Below, one piece after another: positions 62,401 to 64,000 of a DNA stretch of 64,000 nucleotides. Source of the DNA: Asterias amurensis. Taxonomy: Eukaryota. Both the position numbers and the translations under genes were made by a program. How positions within the stretch are numbered: the stretch's first letter is position 1; the number at the start of each line of letters is the position of its first letter. The notes below the pieces were generated by a model. That model did no database searches, had not been told where the DNA came from, and worked only from the letters and a program-made list of their open reading frames with translations. The DNA lies in NCBI RefSeq assembly GCF_032118995.1, contig NC_092653.1:7251031-7315030 (forward strand), written 5' to 3'.

Positions 62401-64000
62401 TCCCAACCTACAGATATCCTGTTTTCTTGAAGATCAGGACGCGTAAACACGTTCAAAATAACATGATTTCTGAGAAACTTTATTTCCTTGATGTCAATGT
62501 GTTCCCTTTATACCACCATGGTCTTCATAAAGTTGGGGTTTTTCAAAAAAATATCATCATACACCATGCTCGTACCTAAATGAAAGTAAAAATGACAGTG
62601 TAAAACATTTCTGGAAGGTTTTCCTGCTAATTGTCCGGCTACCAATCTAAAACAATCTTTCGTGGGAATGTCAATGGAAAGTAGCTCATGTATATAATCC
62701 ATATCCAGGAAAGGGGGGGGGGGTATGGAAATTGATAGATCCAACAGGTACATAATTGTTCAAATTTACCTCCTTGCTATACATCACGCAAAAAAGTCAC
62801 CATGAAAGTAAAAATGACATTGAGAACATTTCTGGAAGATATTCAGGCTGCTAATTGTCCAGGTAGCATTAATTACAGATCCACAATCATTTTTGTGGGA
62901 GGAGTATCAATGGGAAATGTTGTAGCTAAAAATAGAATCAGGGGGGGTCCCAATTGAAATGGACAGATCCAACAGGTACATTTTTGTTCGAATTTACCTT
63001 CTGGCTGTACACATTACGCGAAGGAATGCCCTCAGGCTGAGCAAATTGGACCCCACAACAAATCGCCAATAAAGGGAGTAAAACGCCAGCGGTATTGTGC
63101 ACATTAAAAACCTTGTCACCCCATTCATTCTCTCCACTTTCCAAATCAAAGAGTATCCATCAATGATCTGCAAGTGGACACAGGCATTGAGTTACACAGA
63201 GCAAGAAACGGTCCATGCTCTACGGCGGGTCTACGGGTCTTCAGCACACTTTACCTAAATTAAGTACAGTGCACTCATTTCTGCTCATACAACAATTCCC
63301 ATTTTTTTTGACATTTGAATGACCTGCCCCAGATATATCTGAATTTCATTTCCCAGGCCAGTTCGGCAAAACTTTACTCTACTAATAAATTAATTAATTA
63401 ATTAACACCATTCATGCAACTCTTTGCTTGCAACAAGTCAGTACTGGTGTTGGAGCCGATGACAAAGGATAGCAAATTAGCAAGCGAGCCACGATGAGGA
63501 GGAGAGAATGAAGGACACAGTCAAGCTTTACTGATGCAATTCAGTCACCGATGAACGAGCATTCTCATCCCTGTGAGTGTGAATGCTTTGTTCTCGGTTC
63601 TCCCGTGGAGTACAAGGTTCTTCCCCCTAGCTAGCTGTAAAATGAAACCCCACCCTGGTGTGAATACACTGCTACTTTAGCTACATTCTCTAACATGTAC
63701 GACAAATCTTTCAATATTGTGAGTATTTTTGGTAATTACTGCCCAGTCTTTATCATGATGCAGTTTCCCTTGACTTTCTCCCAGTCAAATCAATGAAAGA
63801 AACCAAAAACTGGGGTTGGAAGGACAAATTAGTCAGGCCCCATTTTGTGTAGATGAGAACCACTAATCACAATAATAATTGATAATGCACAGGGGACATG
63901 GCAGCCAACCCCCCCCCCCACACCACAACCACCAGTATCACACAAACCTTGTATGAACAATGAGGGTGTACTGTACTGTGCAAGATTTTTTAAATGGACT

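Overview
This window is a eukaryotic (metazoan) nuclear locus with four spliced protein-coding genes and dense transposon and repeat content. Introns have canonical GT...AG boundaries and polypyrimidine tracts, coding exons are GC-rich in an AT-rich background, and MITEs and tRNA-derived SINEs are abundant. The repeat families and the protein divergence suggest an invertebrate deuterostome, possibly an echinoderm, but I cannot verify this from the sequence alone. There is no prokaryotic content (no operons, CRISPR arrays or defence islands), so the 'undescribed system' framing does not apply literally. All gene calls rest on my own reading of the translations against remembered vertebrate orthologues; no database search was run.

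The four genes:
- A STYXL1 / MK-STYX-like pseudophosphatase on the + strand, 7 coding exons at 677..5662, about 298 aa. It has a rhodanese domain plus a dual-specificity phosphatase fold in which the catalytic Cys is replaced by Ser (CSDHGLSRS where an active DUSP has HCxAGxSRS).
- ALKBH4 on the - strand, 3 coding exons at 6737..9800, about 299 aa, strongly similar to human ALKBH4.
- LRWD1 (ORCA) on the + strand, 14 coding exons at 11363..21868, about 1102 aa. It sits head-to-head with ALKBH4 (start codons about 1.5 kb apart, probable TSSs a few hundred bp apart), the same divergent arrangement I recall at human 7q22.1. Relative to the human protein it carries a roughly 290-aa Pro/Glu/Ala-rich N-terminal extension encoded in part by a 15-bp minisatellite, and a basic linker with an AT-hook (KKKRGRPIGSGGK) and a KSPAKTP motif, ahead of the conserved WD40 domain.
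- NLK (Nemo-like kinase) on the - strand, 8 internal coding exons found between 34479 and 56436, with introns of up to 10 kb. The first coding exon is probably beyond the 3' end of the window and the terminal exon is only tentatively placed.

Repeats:
- Two foldback palindromic MITEs of about 370 bp.
- At least 12 copies of a MITE family with GACACTATTGGTAAT terminal inverted repeats, concentrated in NLK introns.
- Several tRNA-derived SINE families.
- A TIR-bounded element in ALKBH4 intron 1.
- Several tandem arrays (50-bp x3, about 125-bp x4, about 120-bp x3, about 300-bp x2).
- An (ATTG)n and an (ATT)n microsatellite.
- Recurrent poly-C/G tracts of 10-15 nt.
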